Below are positions 50,177 through 63,705 of a stretch of 64,000 bases of DNA, piece by piece. Made by a program: the position numbers and the translations under genes. How positions within the stretch are numbered: the stretch's first letter is position 1; each line of letters begins with the position of its first letter. The notes beneath the pieces were generated by a model that did no database searches, had not been told where the DNA came from, and saw only the letters and a list, made by a program, of their open reading frames with translations. This DNA comes from Chiloscyllium plagiosum (taxonomy: Eukaryota): contig NC_057749.1 of assembly GCF_004010195.1 (NCBI RefSeq), forward strand, positions 21,403,376 to 21,467,375, read 5' to 3'.

Positions 50177-51082
50177 ACATAGAACATAGAACATAGAAGA
50201 ATACAGCGCAGTACAGGCCCTTTGGCCCTCGATGTTGCGCCGATCCAAGCCCACCTAACCTATACTAACCCACTATCCTCCATATACCTATCCAATGCCC
50301 GCTTAAATGCCCATAAAGAGGGAGAGTCCACCACTGCTACTGGCAGGGCATTCCATGAACTTACGACTCGCTGAGTGAAGAACCTACCCCTAACTTCAGT
50401 CCTATATCTACCCCCCCTTAATTTAAAGCTATGCCCCCTTGTAATACCCGACTCCATACGCGGGAAAAGGTTCACGCTGTCAACCCTATCTAACCCCCTA
50501 ATCATCTTATACACCTCAATCAAGTCACCCCTAAACCTTCTTTTCACTAATGAAAACAGCCCCAAGTGTCTCAGTCTTTCATCATACGATCTTCCTTCCA
50601 TACCAGGCAACATCCTGGTAAACCCCCTCTGCACCCGTTCCAGTGCCTCCACATCCTTCCTATAGTATGGCGACCAAAACTGCACACAATATTCCAGATG
50701 CGGCCGCACCAGAGTCTTATACAACTGCATCATGACCTCAGGACTCCGGAACTCAATTCCTCTACCAATAAAAGCCAGTACGCCATATGCCTTCCTCACC
50801 GCACTATTTACCTGGGTGGCAACTTTCAGAGATCTGTGTACATGGACACCAAGATCCCTCTGCTCATCCACACTACCAAGTATCCGACCATTAGCCCAGT
50901 ACCCCATCTTTTTGTTATTCTTCCCAAAGTGAATCACCTCACACTTAGCTACATTGAATTCCATTTGCCACCTTTCTGCCCAGCTCTGCAGCTTCTCTAT
51001 ATCCTGCTGTAACCTGCCACATCCTTCCTCACTGTCAACAACTCCTCCGACTTTCATATCATCCGCAAACTTGCTCACCCAA
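50177..51082 (-). mobile_element. Young 5'-truncated CR1 LINE with an uninterrupted RT C-terminal ORF
   Basis: ORF 50260-51117 with FADD motif, open to the natural stop; (ttctatg)3 tail. Confidence 0.95.
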
Positions 51083-51857
51083 GTTTTGATGCATGCTCTC
51101 TGCTTGCTCAGAATCACACATCATAGATAAACATCAAAAGGGGTTAAATTCTACTTGTTAATCCCTAGGATCTTTTAGTATTTACTAATCCTGCTGAGAA
51201 GTCAGAAGATAGGCAGTGTGAATGTGCAATGTTGGATTCAGTACCACAAATGCTGTCCAAAAGAAGCCCGATCAGACACAAAACATTAACTTTGCTTCTC
51301 TCTCTGCACGGATACTGACGTAGCTGCTGAATATTTCCAGACGTTGGAGGGGTTGACAGAGGAGATTTTGAGAAGATGTTTCCACTAAGGGGGGAGTCTT
51401 AATCTAGGTTACATCATTACAGAATAAGGGACACACATGTAAAACTCTGTGATCTGCCTGTATCGCTCACAAGGCAAAGCTTTTCACTGTGCCTCGGCAC
51501 ACGTGACAATAAATTCAATTCAATTCAAACTGTTGCAAAGGAACATAGGGTGGCTCAGTGGTTAGCACTGCTGCCTTACAACGCCAGGGACCTAGGTTTG
51601 GTGTGTAAAGACACCCAGGTCTTGTTGCACCTCCCCCTTACCCATCATTACTCGGATAATAATTAACCTTCCTGTTTTTACTCCTCATGGATAACCTTAC
51701 ACTCATCCATATTACACTACATCTTCCATTCGAATCTTCTCAATGTGAAGCCCAAATACCATTTGCTTTCTTCACCATCTGCTGCACCCTGCAAGCTTAC
51801 TGGCATCATCTTAAATACTCTGACTAAACTGCCCTCCGTGTAATTTCTTATTCCTGG

Positions 51858-52037
51858 GAGAAAGTGAGGGCTGCAGATGCTGGAGACCAGAGTCAAAAAG
51901 TGTGGCGCTGGAAAAGCACAGCTGGTCAGGCAGCATCTGAGGAGCAGGAGAATCGATGTTTCGAGTGTCGACTCTCCTGCTCCTCGGATGCTGCCTGACC
52001 GGCTGTGCTTTTCCAGCGCCGCACTTTTTGACTCTGT
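51858..52037. mobile_element. Palindromic short Penelope-derived element
   Basis: Inverted arms agagtcaaaaagtg...ctggaaaagcacag. Confidence 0.75.
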
Positions 52038-53974
52038 CGCTTATCCTGATCATTTTATCTGTTTAGTCAGGAATATTGTTCTGTGAGCTCTCTACCGTCC
52101 GAAGGGCTTGTGTTTAAGGAACTATTATTTCTGTCGTTGAAGGAGTGAATCATCAGAGAGACTAAATGTAAACAGCAAACAAGGGAAAGTTTGGACAGTG
52201 AGGCCTTTTTAATGATTCATTGATGCTCAGAAGGCTATTTCTGACCCAGGACGACCAAAATAGCTTTCAAAAAGACAAGTGAGCAAACAGAGATAGAGAG
52301 TTAAGTGGATAGGTTGCCAGAAGAGTGTAACTTCCCTCTTTTAAATAGCTGTCATATTGAACTGTATCAGGGAATCTCCCCTCCTGTCCTTTGGGACCCC
52401 ATCACCAATTAAAATTCATTGTGGGATTCCCATTTTGCAAACCTCTTTCAAAATGAATCTGTAAAAATGAACGTCGGGAGGATCCCCGAACCTATTGCCC
52501 CTTTCAGCCATTAGTACTGGTTTCTTAAATGGTTCTCGATTTGACCCAAGATCTTCCCTCATCCTGTGATGCACCCACAATTCAATAGTTACTGCAGCTA
52601 AAGGAATGTGTGAGCATCATCTTTTTTTGAGTTGGCTGGTTTTGGAAAATTTGGGAGAGCTCACTGCATGACAACAGAGACTGTGTAACAATACTGAAAT
52701 GTGGGGGTATCCACACTGGAGTGATTGTTGGTAACCCAGTGCTGCAGCACAGGAGTTGCTGTGAAATGCAGTTGATGTTCCTATGACATCCTGAAACAGC
52801 CCAGTTTAAAGCCACCCATTAAAAGTTGGCTCTGAGAACCACTCGTTCAAGAAGCTTGACATGGGGGAACAAAGATTCTCAGCCACATGAGCCCACGTTA
52901 CATTCTGCTATCGCTCTGAGAAATACTGTGTCAGTGTGATTGTTAGGTTTGGTGCATAGCTGGAAGTGAAACTTCAAGTGACTCGGTGAAGCCTGATTAG
53001 ACTTGTGCAATGTGAGCTGTTTCTGGTTTTGTGTCTGGGTTGTGACCGAGTAAACAGATCACAAAGCTACGGGACAGTCTGTCTTTGTGCAGTTCCCAGC
53101 ATTAATCATGGCAGAGGCTCCCAAGTGCTTACAAAGATGGATTGTGATTTTGAGGTGACACATAACCTTCTCGAGCTGAGTGGTAAGTGTTAGCCACCCA
53201 CAGCTCAGGACGACAGCGACAGGGCTCAACCACAGCAACTGGATAAGAAGCCTCATTCTTGAGAATGTCCATTTCACCTTTACGCTTGAAACTTTGTGCG
53301 TTTTAGTTCTTTGTTCACCTTATGAGAAACAACAGAGATTGCTTGGTCTTGTAACCGATGTGCTTTTAGCAGAAACAAGCCCTTCATATCCAGGCTGCAA
53401 GTACAGAGCTGAATGCAAGCGCAGTCATTTTAACCAGTGTCCTGCTTAACAAGGGCATCCATTGTCACTGACCTAGTTAACCCTATTTTACGAAATCAGC
53501 AGCAAAGCTGAAAGTCCTAGATCTTCTTTCATTTTGAGTGCATGCAACTGCAGGAGGGAAGGCAAGATTTTAAAATTAGGGCTAGACTCATTTTACAACA
53601 ACAACTTGCATTTGCGCAGCCCCTTCAAGATAGCAATATAGCCCAAAATGCTTCACAGGAGTGTTATCAACTGCATTTTGTCACCAAACATAGAGCACAA
53701 TCATCCATTTCCTTATTCACATTATTTATGTCTCTTTCTGTATGACTTTGAAATCAAACTTAATTTTCTTAAAAAGAACTGATTTTAAGTAATGTAAAAT
53801 CAAGCTTATACATATTTATTTATATTTCTATTTATTTGACTGAATGAAGGATGTTAATGTTTCTTATTGAGGATTGCTCAAAAAAAGGCACATGTTACTG
53901 TAGCTTTTTGTCTTGCATTCATTAGGACAATTCAGGAGAATAGCAATGTATAGAGGAACATTTCCAAATTAAAG

Positions 53975-54438
53975 TCATAGCTCATGGAGATGTACAGCAC
54001 TGAAACAGACCCTTCGGTCCAACTCGTCCATGCTGACCAGATATCCTAACCTAATCTAGTCCCATTTGCCAGCACTTGGCCCATATCCCTCCAAACCCTT
54101 CCTATTCATATACCCATCCAAATGCCTCTTAAATGTTGCAAATGTTGCAGCCTCCTCTAGCAGCTCATTCCATACACGTACCACCCTCTGCGTGAAAAAG
54201 TTACTCCTAAGGTCTCTTTTATATCTTTCCCGTCTCACCCTAAACCTAGGCCCTCTAGTTCTGGACTCCCCCCACCCCAGGGATAAAGACTTTGTCTATT
54301 TACCCTATCCATGCCCCTCATGATTTTATAAACCTCTGTAAGGTCACCCCTCAGCCTCTGCCGCTCCAGGGAAAACAGCCCCAGCCTGTTCAGCCTCTCC
54401 CTATAGCTCAACCCCTTCAACCCTGGCAACATCCTTGT
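53975..54438 (-). mobile_element. CR1 LINE 3' end, right arm only
   Basis: MLPGLKGLSYRERLNRLGLFSLE...RGDLTEVYKI. Confidence 0.9.
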
Positions 54439-57400
54439 AGTCCATGTGCTTTGGCCTGTCCCTTTTCCTTTAAAAGCTCCTGGGGCATTTTAGCACCGGG
54501 TCAGGTTCCTACAACTGATTGTCTGACACTGGCAACGATATTGTATTATTACAGAAATTTACATGGCAGGGCAATTGTTGTAATTTTAGAATTTGCTATT
54601 CTTGTCTTAGTTTTGATAAACATAAGGTGAAAAGTTTTGAAAATGTTTCATTTTTTTTACAATTCTGTGCCACCAAGTGATCAGAAAGCATGGCCGATAA
54701 GGAACTGTTCCACCAGATTATAGAGTTGCACATGTCATTGTGAGAAAAACCAGGGAATTGCAGAGCCCAGTTATCTTATTGTCTCTGGTTGGGACATTAC
54801 ACCAGCATGTAAATGATTGAACTTTCTCTAATTTTTTTTCATGGATCAGAAAGTGCCAGCGTGGATTTGTAAAGGATCCATCTTACTAAAGAAATAAGAG
54901 CAGGAGTAGGCCATTCAGCCCCTCAAACCTCTCTGCCATTCAAAATCACAGTTGATGCTCAATGACCCTTTCTGAAGAGGTGACTACACTAGTGAACAGA
55001 AGTCATGAACACAAATTGCTGGAGAAACTCAACAGGCATGGCAGCATCTGTGGAGAGAAAGCAGTATGAACATTGAGTCCAGAAACCCTTCTTGCTCACT
55101 GGGCTTGAAACATTAACTCTACTTTCTCTGTCCATATAGACACTGCCTGACCTGCTGAGTTTCTCCAGCAATTTCTGCTTATGTTTGTTTCAGACCACCA
55201 GCATCTGCTGTTCTCTTTTTCTTAGCTTTAGATCTCTGTCCATGTTGTTAATGTGGGCTTTCCAAAAACATTCGCTAAATCTCAATGAGAGATTCTGAAA
55301 TCGGAAGCACATTGTTGGCTTGATCCCAAAACTGACTGAGGGGCAGGAGCCACAAAATTGAAAATCTGGTTGGCAGGATAACAGGTCTTTATTGGGGTCT
55401 CAGGTCTGGAGTTTGAGATTAATTGATTGATTGATTCCTGTTCATCAGTGATATTGAGGGACCAGTGGCAAAGGCTTGACCATGCTCTCAGTGAATGGCA
55501 GGATGCAGTCTTGTTATATTAAGTATAAGTTTTCGTTTGGCCAAGTTTACTAGCTTCTATGGTAAAATTTGCATGTAATTCCAGCTCATTCTTCATCCAC
55601 TGAATTTCTAAGTGAGCTTGCGATTTGTGCTTTGAACAATGAGCCAATGGAACTACCATTTTCACCGCAATGTCATTGTTTCAGGTTATCCAATCATGTC
55701 GAAAGTAAGTCTCAAAGCTAAGTAATTCAACATCAACTACTCTGATTTGTAACATGTGCTTCATTTAATGTGTAGCATGCATCTTGGTGTATCCTCCATC
55801 TGTGAGCTTAATGAAACTAAAAATAAATTTACAACTGAGCCCTGGCGGCTTTTGAAGTCTTCAGTTCTGGAGAAGAGTCACGTTGGACTCAAAACATTTA
55901 CTCTGTTTCCCTCTCCACAGATGCTGCCAGACCCGCTGAGTTTCTCCCGCAATTTTGTTTTCATTTCAGATTTCCAGCCCCCTGCAGCATTTTCCTTTCA
56001 CTTGATTGAGAAGTGAACTGTTTGTGACGAACTGCTTTGTCCCAGAAAAACATGCTTCAGCAAGGAAGACAGTTTTACAGGAAGTCAGGGAAGAATTTGG
56101 GACTCCTCCCTGGTAATGCTGTCAGTCAGATGCTGGTGAGGGAGGTGGGTCAGACAATCAATTCTGAAGGCAGGATAAACGTTGGCGAATATTTTGTTCC
56201 TTATTCAAGAGATCAGAGACAGAGTTGACATTCATTGTCCAACTCTAATTGTGATGAGATTGTGGTGAGTTACCTTCTGGAGTATTACTCAGTGGTATAT
56301 TCAGAGGCAGCTGTCACTGGGTCAAATTCCCAGCATTCCCTCCCTAAGGGCATTGTGGGTCACCCTACAGCACATGGACCGCAGTGGTTCAAGAAGGAAG
56401 CTCACCCCGACCTTCTCAAGGACAATGAGGGACAGGTAATAAATGCTCGCCAAGCCAGTGATGCCCATGTCCCACAAGTGAATCTAAAACAAAACTAAGA
56501 GTGAACTGTATTGTGGCAGCCAGAGGAATGGACTGAGATTATGACCCCACTGTTGCTCTTGAGTCTCCTTCCCCAACTATGGTCCCCAGCACCGCAGCCT
56601 CATAACCCCCCCCAACCCAAACACAGCTGGGACCCTCTAGAGATCCAAGGACTGTTATGTTGGCCCTGATTTAACCCCACCCTCCCTTCATGTCTCAGGC
56701 CTTGGCTGTGGGACTGGAGTCACATGCAGGCCAGACTGAGGAAGGACACCAGATTTCCTTCCATTAAGTGAATTAGTGAACCGAGTGGGATTTTACAGCA
56801 AAAATAGATCCGTGATCACTGATGCCCCAAGTTTTCTTTTGAATTAATGAATGGATCAAATTTAAATTCCCTCCCTGGCTCCTTTCTCAAACTCAGGTGT
56901 CCTCATCATTAGCCCAGGTCATGAGATACCTGGTTTTGTAACCTAACCACCAAAATCCCTGTAGTGTGACCAATCCAAATTGAAAATGGATGTGGGTTGG
57001 TTACTCTTCTAGCACAGTTCAGTATCCAATACAAGTGTAGCGAAGAGAAGAGACTCATTGTGAAGAGACTCATTGCGAAGAGACTCATTGATCCTCCAGT
57101 GTAGTCTTGATGTATGGGAAGGGACACCTTCACAGTCTAATGTATTCTGAAGAACAATTTACTCACACTCAATGCATTAAACATCACACAACAACGTCTA
57201 GCACACACAATATACTTCCTGTGGCTCTGCATACGGAAACTGATGCTTCCTGGAACCATAGAAACCTTCAGTACAGGGGAGGCCATTCAGCCCATTATAC
57301 ACTGGGTCCCTCTTCCCTACTTTTTTCCTACAATTTTATCCTCTCAATATTTCACTAGTTCCCTTTTGAAATCAATGATGGAATTTGCATCTGCCATCCT

Positions 57401-59174
57401 ACCATGCCGTGGGTACCAGAGACCAATCAATTACAGTGTCTCTGCCATTTAGAAATTTGCCTTAAAGGTGTGATCTCTGATTACTGATTGTTAGGGCTGC
57501 CCATGACTGAGCAGCTCAAAATGGCTGACGACCGCCCATGGCAAGAACAGTGAAAGTTCAGCTGACAGTAGCCTGAGGAAAATATTTGCTTAATGAAGCC
57601 TGCACAGGTAGACCAATGGTAGAATATATAGCTGCAGATATTTACGCATAAGACATGGTTAAGAACATTTCACTCTGTGTTTAGTTACTGAATCTCTCTA
57701 ATTATTTAATTATTTCTTACTGTTGTGAAGTTGGATGGAGTAATTATGCATTGGGATGCAGGAAGTTAGAATTTGACATTTGTAAAATTGTAAAATGTTA
57801 GGGGGAAAAGCATTGAGTGGCCCCCTTAAAAGATGATGTTTTTTCAATGCTTAGAGATTTGGAATGTAAGTCTGTAAGCAGCGGCTTGGGGGTTTGCAGG
57901 CGCACAGAGAGCACCCGAACTGAAACATTTGTCTTGAAGGGCCATACAGTTAGCAGGCCAAGCATCAGCTTTTACCAAGACAACTGTTTTTTGGAAGTTA
58001 GCCAATTAATTTGAACCAGGCATGTCGATACCAGAAACCTATTCAATCAAAATTTGAAGGTTTTGACAACATCGGACCAATCCCTACTGTAGAAAAACAA
58101 AGATATGTCATCAAGGGTATGAAGGAAGAGGACAGTTGGACAAAGACCCCAGAGTAACAGCTATCCACCAGAACTAATGGCCCTCACCTCTCTAGAGAGA
58201 AACTGGCTCTCACAGTGATCTATGTATTAGGGAAAGCATTGTACAAAAGAAAAATACCAATGATGGAAAAAGGCTTTCCTTACAGAAGAATCAGAGGAAA
58301 TGTTCCTGACAGAAGACTCGATAGAAAAAGACATTCCTGACAGAAAACTCGATGGGAGAATGCACAGAACATTCTGGAAGATACATAACCTGGCTGCAAA
58401 TTCAAGAGACTAAATTTTTTAGCCAGATAATTCTAACATTAGGTGTAGCCATACAACTTTATTGGAACTGATATTATAACAAATAGTAAGATTGATATCT
58501 TTTTGCATATTCTGCAATGAGGTTAATGAACTGTATAATGGAATTTAAAAGATTTTTAAGTGATAGGCAAGTATCCAATTACTTGGCAGTTTGCAAATGT
58601 TTGGGAAGGTCTGTACTTGAATACCCATGTCCATTGTGAAAAGCCCCGAGATGGGAGTGAAGACAATCTGGGAAACATCATGAGACCATGGAGCATCGGG
58701 GAGTTGAGGAGAAAGTGAGGTCTGCAGATGCTGGAGATCAGAGCTGAAAATGTGTTGCTGGAAAAGCGCAGCAGGTCAGGCAGCATCCAGGGAACAGGAG
58801 AACCGACGTTTCGGGCATAATATAAAGCTTGTGTAATTAATTAATAAAATGATTGGTTTGTAAATGTTAAAGGTGGGATGCAACAAATGTATAAAAATGG
58901 ACCTCTTTTCTTTGTTTGGAGGGGAGCTGTCTGGATTTTCAGAGGGCTTCTTCCCACTGGTGTAATTTCAATGAACTCTTTGATGCAGGGGAACGCCTGG
59001 GGTTTTGAGTGAATCATTTGGTCATTCCACCCCAACACCGATAGTGCCACCAGTGGAAATAACTCCTCATTACCGAATCATTCACAACTTCTTAATCCGA
59101 CCCTCTTCCCCGCTCAATGGAGAGCAGTCCCAACATTTCCTTATGAAGAGAGTACGCAGTGTTCTTGTAAATGT

Positions 59175-59789
59175 CAAGATTAGAGTGGTGCTGGAAAAGC
59201 ACAGCAGGTCAGGCAGCATCTGAGGATCAGGAAAATCGATATTTCGGGCAAAAGCCCTTCATCACCCGAAATGTCGATTTTCCTGCTCCTCGGATGGTGC
59301 CTGACCTGCTGTGCTTTTCCAGCACCACTCTAATCTTGATTTGAAGATGCAGGTGTTGGACTGGGGTGTACAAAGTTAAAAGTCACACAACTCCATGTTA
59401 TAGTCCAACAGGTTTAATTGGAAGCACACTATCACTGTATTCTAACAGATGAAAGGCTTAACAGACAATCAATTTTTCAATGTATAATTTCAGTTACATC
59501 ACACTGTAAAGTTTTGCTATAAATTCTGTGTTAGGATTGAGTCCGCCACTATCACCTGATGAAGGAGCGTCGCTCCGAAAGCTAGTGTACTTCCAATTAA
59601 ACCTGTTGGACTATAACCTGGTGTTGTGTATTGAGCCCTCCACTATCACCTGATGAAGGAGCGTCGCTCCAAAACTAGTGTACTTCCAATTAAACCTGTT
59701 GGACTATAACCTGGTGTTGTGTGATTTTTAACTTTGTACACTCTAATCTTGTCTCTAATCTCCAGCATCTGCAGTACCCACCTCCACCA
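59175..59789. mobile_element. Palindromic family-A element (13-bp TSD) with nested family-B element 59339-59738 (13-bp TSD)
   Basis: Outer TSD ttcttgtaaatgt (59162-59174, 59790-59802); inner TSD cactctaatcttg (59326-59338, 59739-59751). Confidence 0.85.
59553..59587 (+). ncRNA. Putative minimal hammerhead ribozyme
   Basis: cac-CTGATGA-a-GGAGC-gtc-GCTCC-GAAA-GCTA-gtg. Confidence 0.7.
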
Positions 59790-60379
59790 TTCTTGTAAAT
59801 GTGCTGTGTCCCCCCGCCCCCCTCCACTGCTCTCTGTGAGACTGAGTTTACAGTTTGTAGCTTTTCCTGTGTTAATTGTGCAAATTAATATGATTCTCTG
59901 GAGCTTGTTACAAATAAACAAAGAACCAAAGACTCCTGAAACCTGAGGGTTGTCTTGGAAGAAATAAATTTGAAGATTGGGTTAATGTTCAAACTTAAGT
60001 CTCACTCTGCAGTTTCCTGTATTTTGAGCTATTCTGTTATTTAATTGTAAGACAGGCTAAGATGTTCTCCTGTATTTATGCAATACTATTGCTGTTGGCT
60101 CATAGTTTTGACTGAAGCACGAGTCACACATGGTATTGCACTTTTAATGTTGGAAGTGAAGCCTGAAGATCTGGTTAACACATGTTTTATCATGTTGTAG
60201 CTCAATGTTTGATCGTTTTGTGTTGCCTGGTAAGTAATAAAACATGTTCCAAGACAGTGTAGCCAATTTGAAAAGAAAGGCATATGTAGAGTTATTCATT
60301 CAGGCGATTGAGAGCTTGGTTAAAGGGATATGTTTTAAGTAGATTTTAAAGGAGAGAGATGGAGAAGGTCATAGTGCTG

Positions 60380-61285
60380 ATCTTTGCAGTACCCCACTAG
60401 GCACTGTCTGCAACTCAGAAAAAGATGTATTTATTCCCATTGTCTGTCAACCAGTACTTGATCCATGCCAATAAATTGCCCCTATCCCGTGTGCTTTAAC
60501 TTTGCCCACTAACCTTTTATGAGGGACCTTATCAAAAGCTTCTGAAAATCCAAATGCACCACATCCACTCATGTCCCCTTATTTTATTCTGCAAGTTAAC
60601 TCTTTAAAACACTCCTGTAGAGCTGTTAACCATGATTTGGCTCTCATTAGCACATACTGGCTTTGTCCAAACCTGTTCATACTTTCCAAGTGTTCTGTTA
60701 TCACATTTTTTTATAATAGACCCATCATTTTCCCCACTACAGATGTTCGGTTCACTGGTCAGTAATTCTGTCTTTTTCTCCTCCTCCCTCCCTTTTAAAT
60801 AGTGGGGTTATGTCTGCCATCCCCAATCTGTAGCAACTGCTCCAGAGTCTATAGAATTTTGGAAGGTGTCCATTGAGTCATCCAATATTTCCAGGGGCCA
60901 TATCCTTTAATACTTTGGGATATAGATCACCAGACCCTGGTGATTTGTCAGCCTTTAACCCTATTCATTTAACTGGCACCATTTTCTTACTAAACATAGA
61001 AGCATAGATGATAGGGGCAGGAGTAAACTATTTTGTCCTTCAAGTCTGCATCTGCTATTCATTATGATCATGGCTCATGATCTGTTTCAGTACCCTGTTC
61101 CCGCCTGCTCCCAATACCCTCCGGTCCCTCAGAACTATACCTAATTCTTTCTTGAAAACATTCAATGATTTTTGCCTCCATCACTTTCTGTGGCAGAGAT
61201 TTCCACAGTCTCACCACCCCGTGGGTGAAGAAATGTCTCCTCATGCCAGTCTAAAATGGTTTACGGCATATCCTTAGACTGACCC
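60380..61285 (-). mobile_element. Old CR1 fragments
   Basis: Remnants reading DFQK.FDKVPHKR and NY.PV.LTSVVG on the minus strand, plus a separate 3' end at ~60995-61285. Confidence 0.65.
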
Positions 61286-63029
61286 TATTTATGCTGATTT
61301 CCTTCAAGACCACCCTCTCCCTAGATGCTAGGCTCACTAATATTTCTGGCAGAATCTGGGCTAAATGCAATCTATCAGCTGTCAGTTGTTATTAATTGGA
61401 TTGAAGAACTAAGATTTGCTATTCCAATCAGTTATCAAGTGACATTACTGCCATTAATTGGTACGAAATGTAATATCGCAACATTTAAACTTATGCAGGA
61501 TTAGCATCATTTGGCTTCCTTTTTAGCTAATACGAAACTAAGAGAAAATTGGATTAAGTCCCTTGCAGTGTGTCACACATCTTTACCATTTTCTACATCT
61601 CACCGACTGAACGTAGGTGTATCGTAAGAATTCCAGTGTATTCTTATTTTCTTGTAGGTCTTTGCGACATTAACTGTGAGTCGGCAACCTTTTAATTCAC
61701 TTTTATAAAATTTTATAACACTATCATGGATTATATTGTAATTATGTATGTCAGATTCAGGCAATTAAGATAATTACTTTACCTACGTACACTCAGTGTG
61801 GGAATAACAGATAACACTCATTTTGCTCCTTCATCTTCATATGTCTCACCTTATGACTGTATAGGTTGCCTTTGTGAAAAACATTCGAGGAGCATGCATA
61901 TAAACTCATCTATTTGCAAAAACAAACGTGCACAGGGAAAAGGAGCAGTCGAAAAGGTCGAGAGGTAGAGGAGGCTGTAACTCTCTTCCCCCGAAGAGGA
62001 AAAGCCAATGGGTGATCTCGTTTAAAAGGATGAAGGAGATTTTTAGGATTTTGTTTGTTTCGCTTTGATGACATTGCATTTTTGTAGATTGATCGATGAG
62101 AAGGCAAAGAACTGTCTTCAAAGACTGAGGTCAGGCTTAGACCTCTAGGTAACATGATTGATTACACATTGCCGATATATTCTCATCACCCTGTTCAGAG
62201 ATCTTATTGCACACCTCAGAGTAGGTGGGACTTGACCTTGGGCTCTCTGGCTCAGAGGTGGGGATGCTACCACTGCACCACAGGACCTCTCCTATCATAT
62301 ACTATACATTCAGCTGGGCAAGACATTAGTGAGACTGTACCTGGAGGACTGCGTACAATTTTGGCCATATGCTATGAAAACTCATTTCATTCAGGAGTCT
62401 AGTCCAGTCTGGTACAGTGTAGGTTTATTTTCCTCTAACTCCACCCACACTGTGCTATTTATGCTCAGTGATGTGCAGCATCACGACATCATCACAAGGG
62501 TGTTGCAATGTCCTGAAGCCCTCTCACGGCAAGAAGAAAAGTAGAGAAAGAATTTCCCCTTCTGAGGAATTCCAGAGCTAGAATATCAAAGCCCACTTCT
62601 CCAATCCACAGTCTTTCATTTCCAAGAATCCATTGCAAAGTTTTTGGATGACACAAAACTAGTGAGGAAGGCAAGTGGTGAGGATGGCATGAAGGGTCTG
62701 CAGAGGGATGTGGAAGGGTTAAATGATTTGATATAAACTTGGCAGATAGAATCGAAATTGGGTAAATGTGAGGTCTGCACTTAAGCAGGAAGAATAGCGA
62801 AGTTAGTATTCTTTAAATACAGAAAGATTGTAAAAGCTGCAGCACCAACATTGGAAATGTTATGAACTGCACGGAGGTTAGTGAGAGAATTCAGGTTGTG
62901 TGGTACCTTATCGATGCCTTTGGAAATTTATCTCTCTGTTTGTAGCTCCTCAAAGAACTGCACTACATTTCTCAGGCAATATTTTTCCTTCATCAAGCCA
63001 TGCTGACTCTGCTTCGTTATCTGTTTCTA

Positions 63030-63432
63030 CTCACACTCACACATAGACACACATAGACACACACACAATCACACATACTTACATCCATTCATACAGACAC
63101 ACACACTAACATGTATGCACTCGCATACAACCTCATGCACACACAGAAACACGCAGGCACACATACATAAATGTACACATACACAGGCACAGACTCATAG
63201 ACAGAGGCTTACATACACACATGCAACATGCACACCCACCGATGCACACTCACAGACACACGTACACACACACACAACATGCACACTGACACACACTCAC
63301 AGACAATATACACATACACACTCACAGACACATATACACACACAATACAAACATAGACACTGTCTCTCTCTCTCACACACACACACTCTCTCTCTGTCTC
63401 TCTCACACACACACAGACTTGCACACACACCA
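63030..63432. repeat. (CA)n-rich simple repeat, expanded relative to the paralogous (TG) tract at ~9198-9247
   Basis: Visible. Confidence 0.9.
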
Positions 63433-63626
63433 TAAGCCAGACTAATTCCATAAACAAGAAGACATTTCTTTAATGAGCATTTTTATCCTGATACAGGATG
63501 CAGGTGATGGCCAGGAAATTGAAGGCTGAGACTTATTTCCTAGTTTCTTCTGCTTTCTAATTTCCTGTTCAACATAGTTAAAAATCACACAACACCAGGT
63601 TATAGTCCAACAGGTTTATTTGGAAG

Positions 63627-63661
63627 CACTAGCTTTCGGAGCGCTGCTCCTTCATCAGGTG
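63627..63661 (-). ncRNA. Putative minimal hammerhead ribozyme (minus strand)
   Basis: cac-CTGATGA-a-GGAGC-agc-GCTCC-GAAA-GCTA-gtg. Confidence 0.7.
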
Positions 63662-63670
63662 ATAGACTAT

Positions 63671-63705
63671 CACCTGATGAAGGAGCGTCGCTCCGAAAGC
63701 TAGTG
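63671..63705 (+). ncRNA. Putative minimal hammerhead ribozyme (plus strand)
   Basis: cac-CTGATGA-a-GGAGC-gtc-GCTCC-GAAA-GCTA-gtg. Confidence 0.7.

Noticed and set aside
57047..57090. 15-bp unit x3 (gaagagactcattg.), and a 31-bp x2 repeat at ~58302-58352
   Set aside because: Ordinary local slippage repeats with no further structure.
57850..58480. Possible LTR remnant (also 4095-4235 and 6988-7080)
   Set aside because: No partner LTR, TSD or internal coding sequence could be confirmed by eye.
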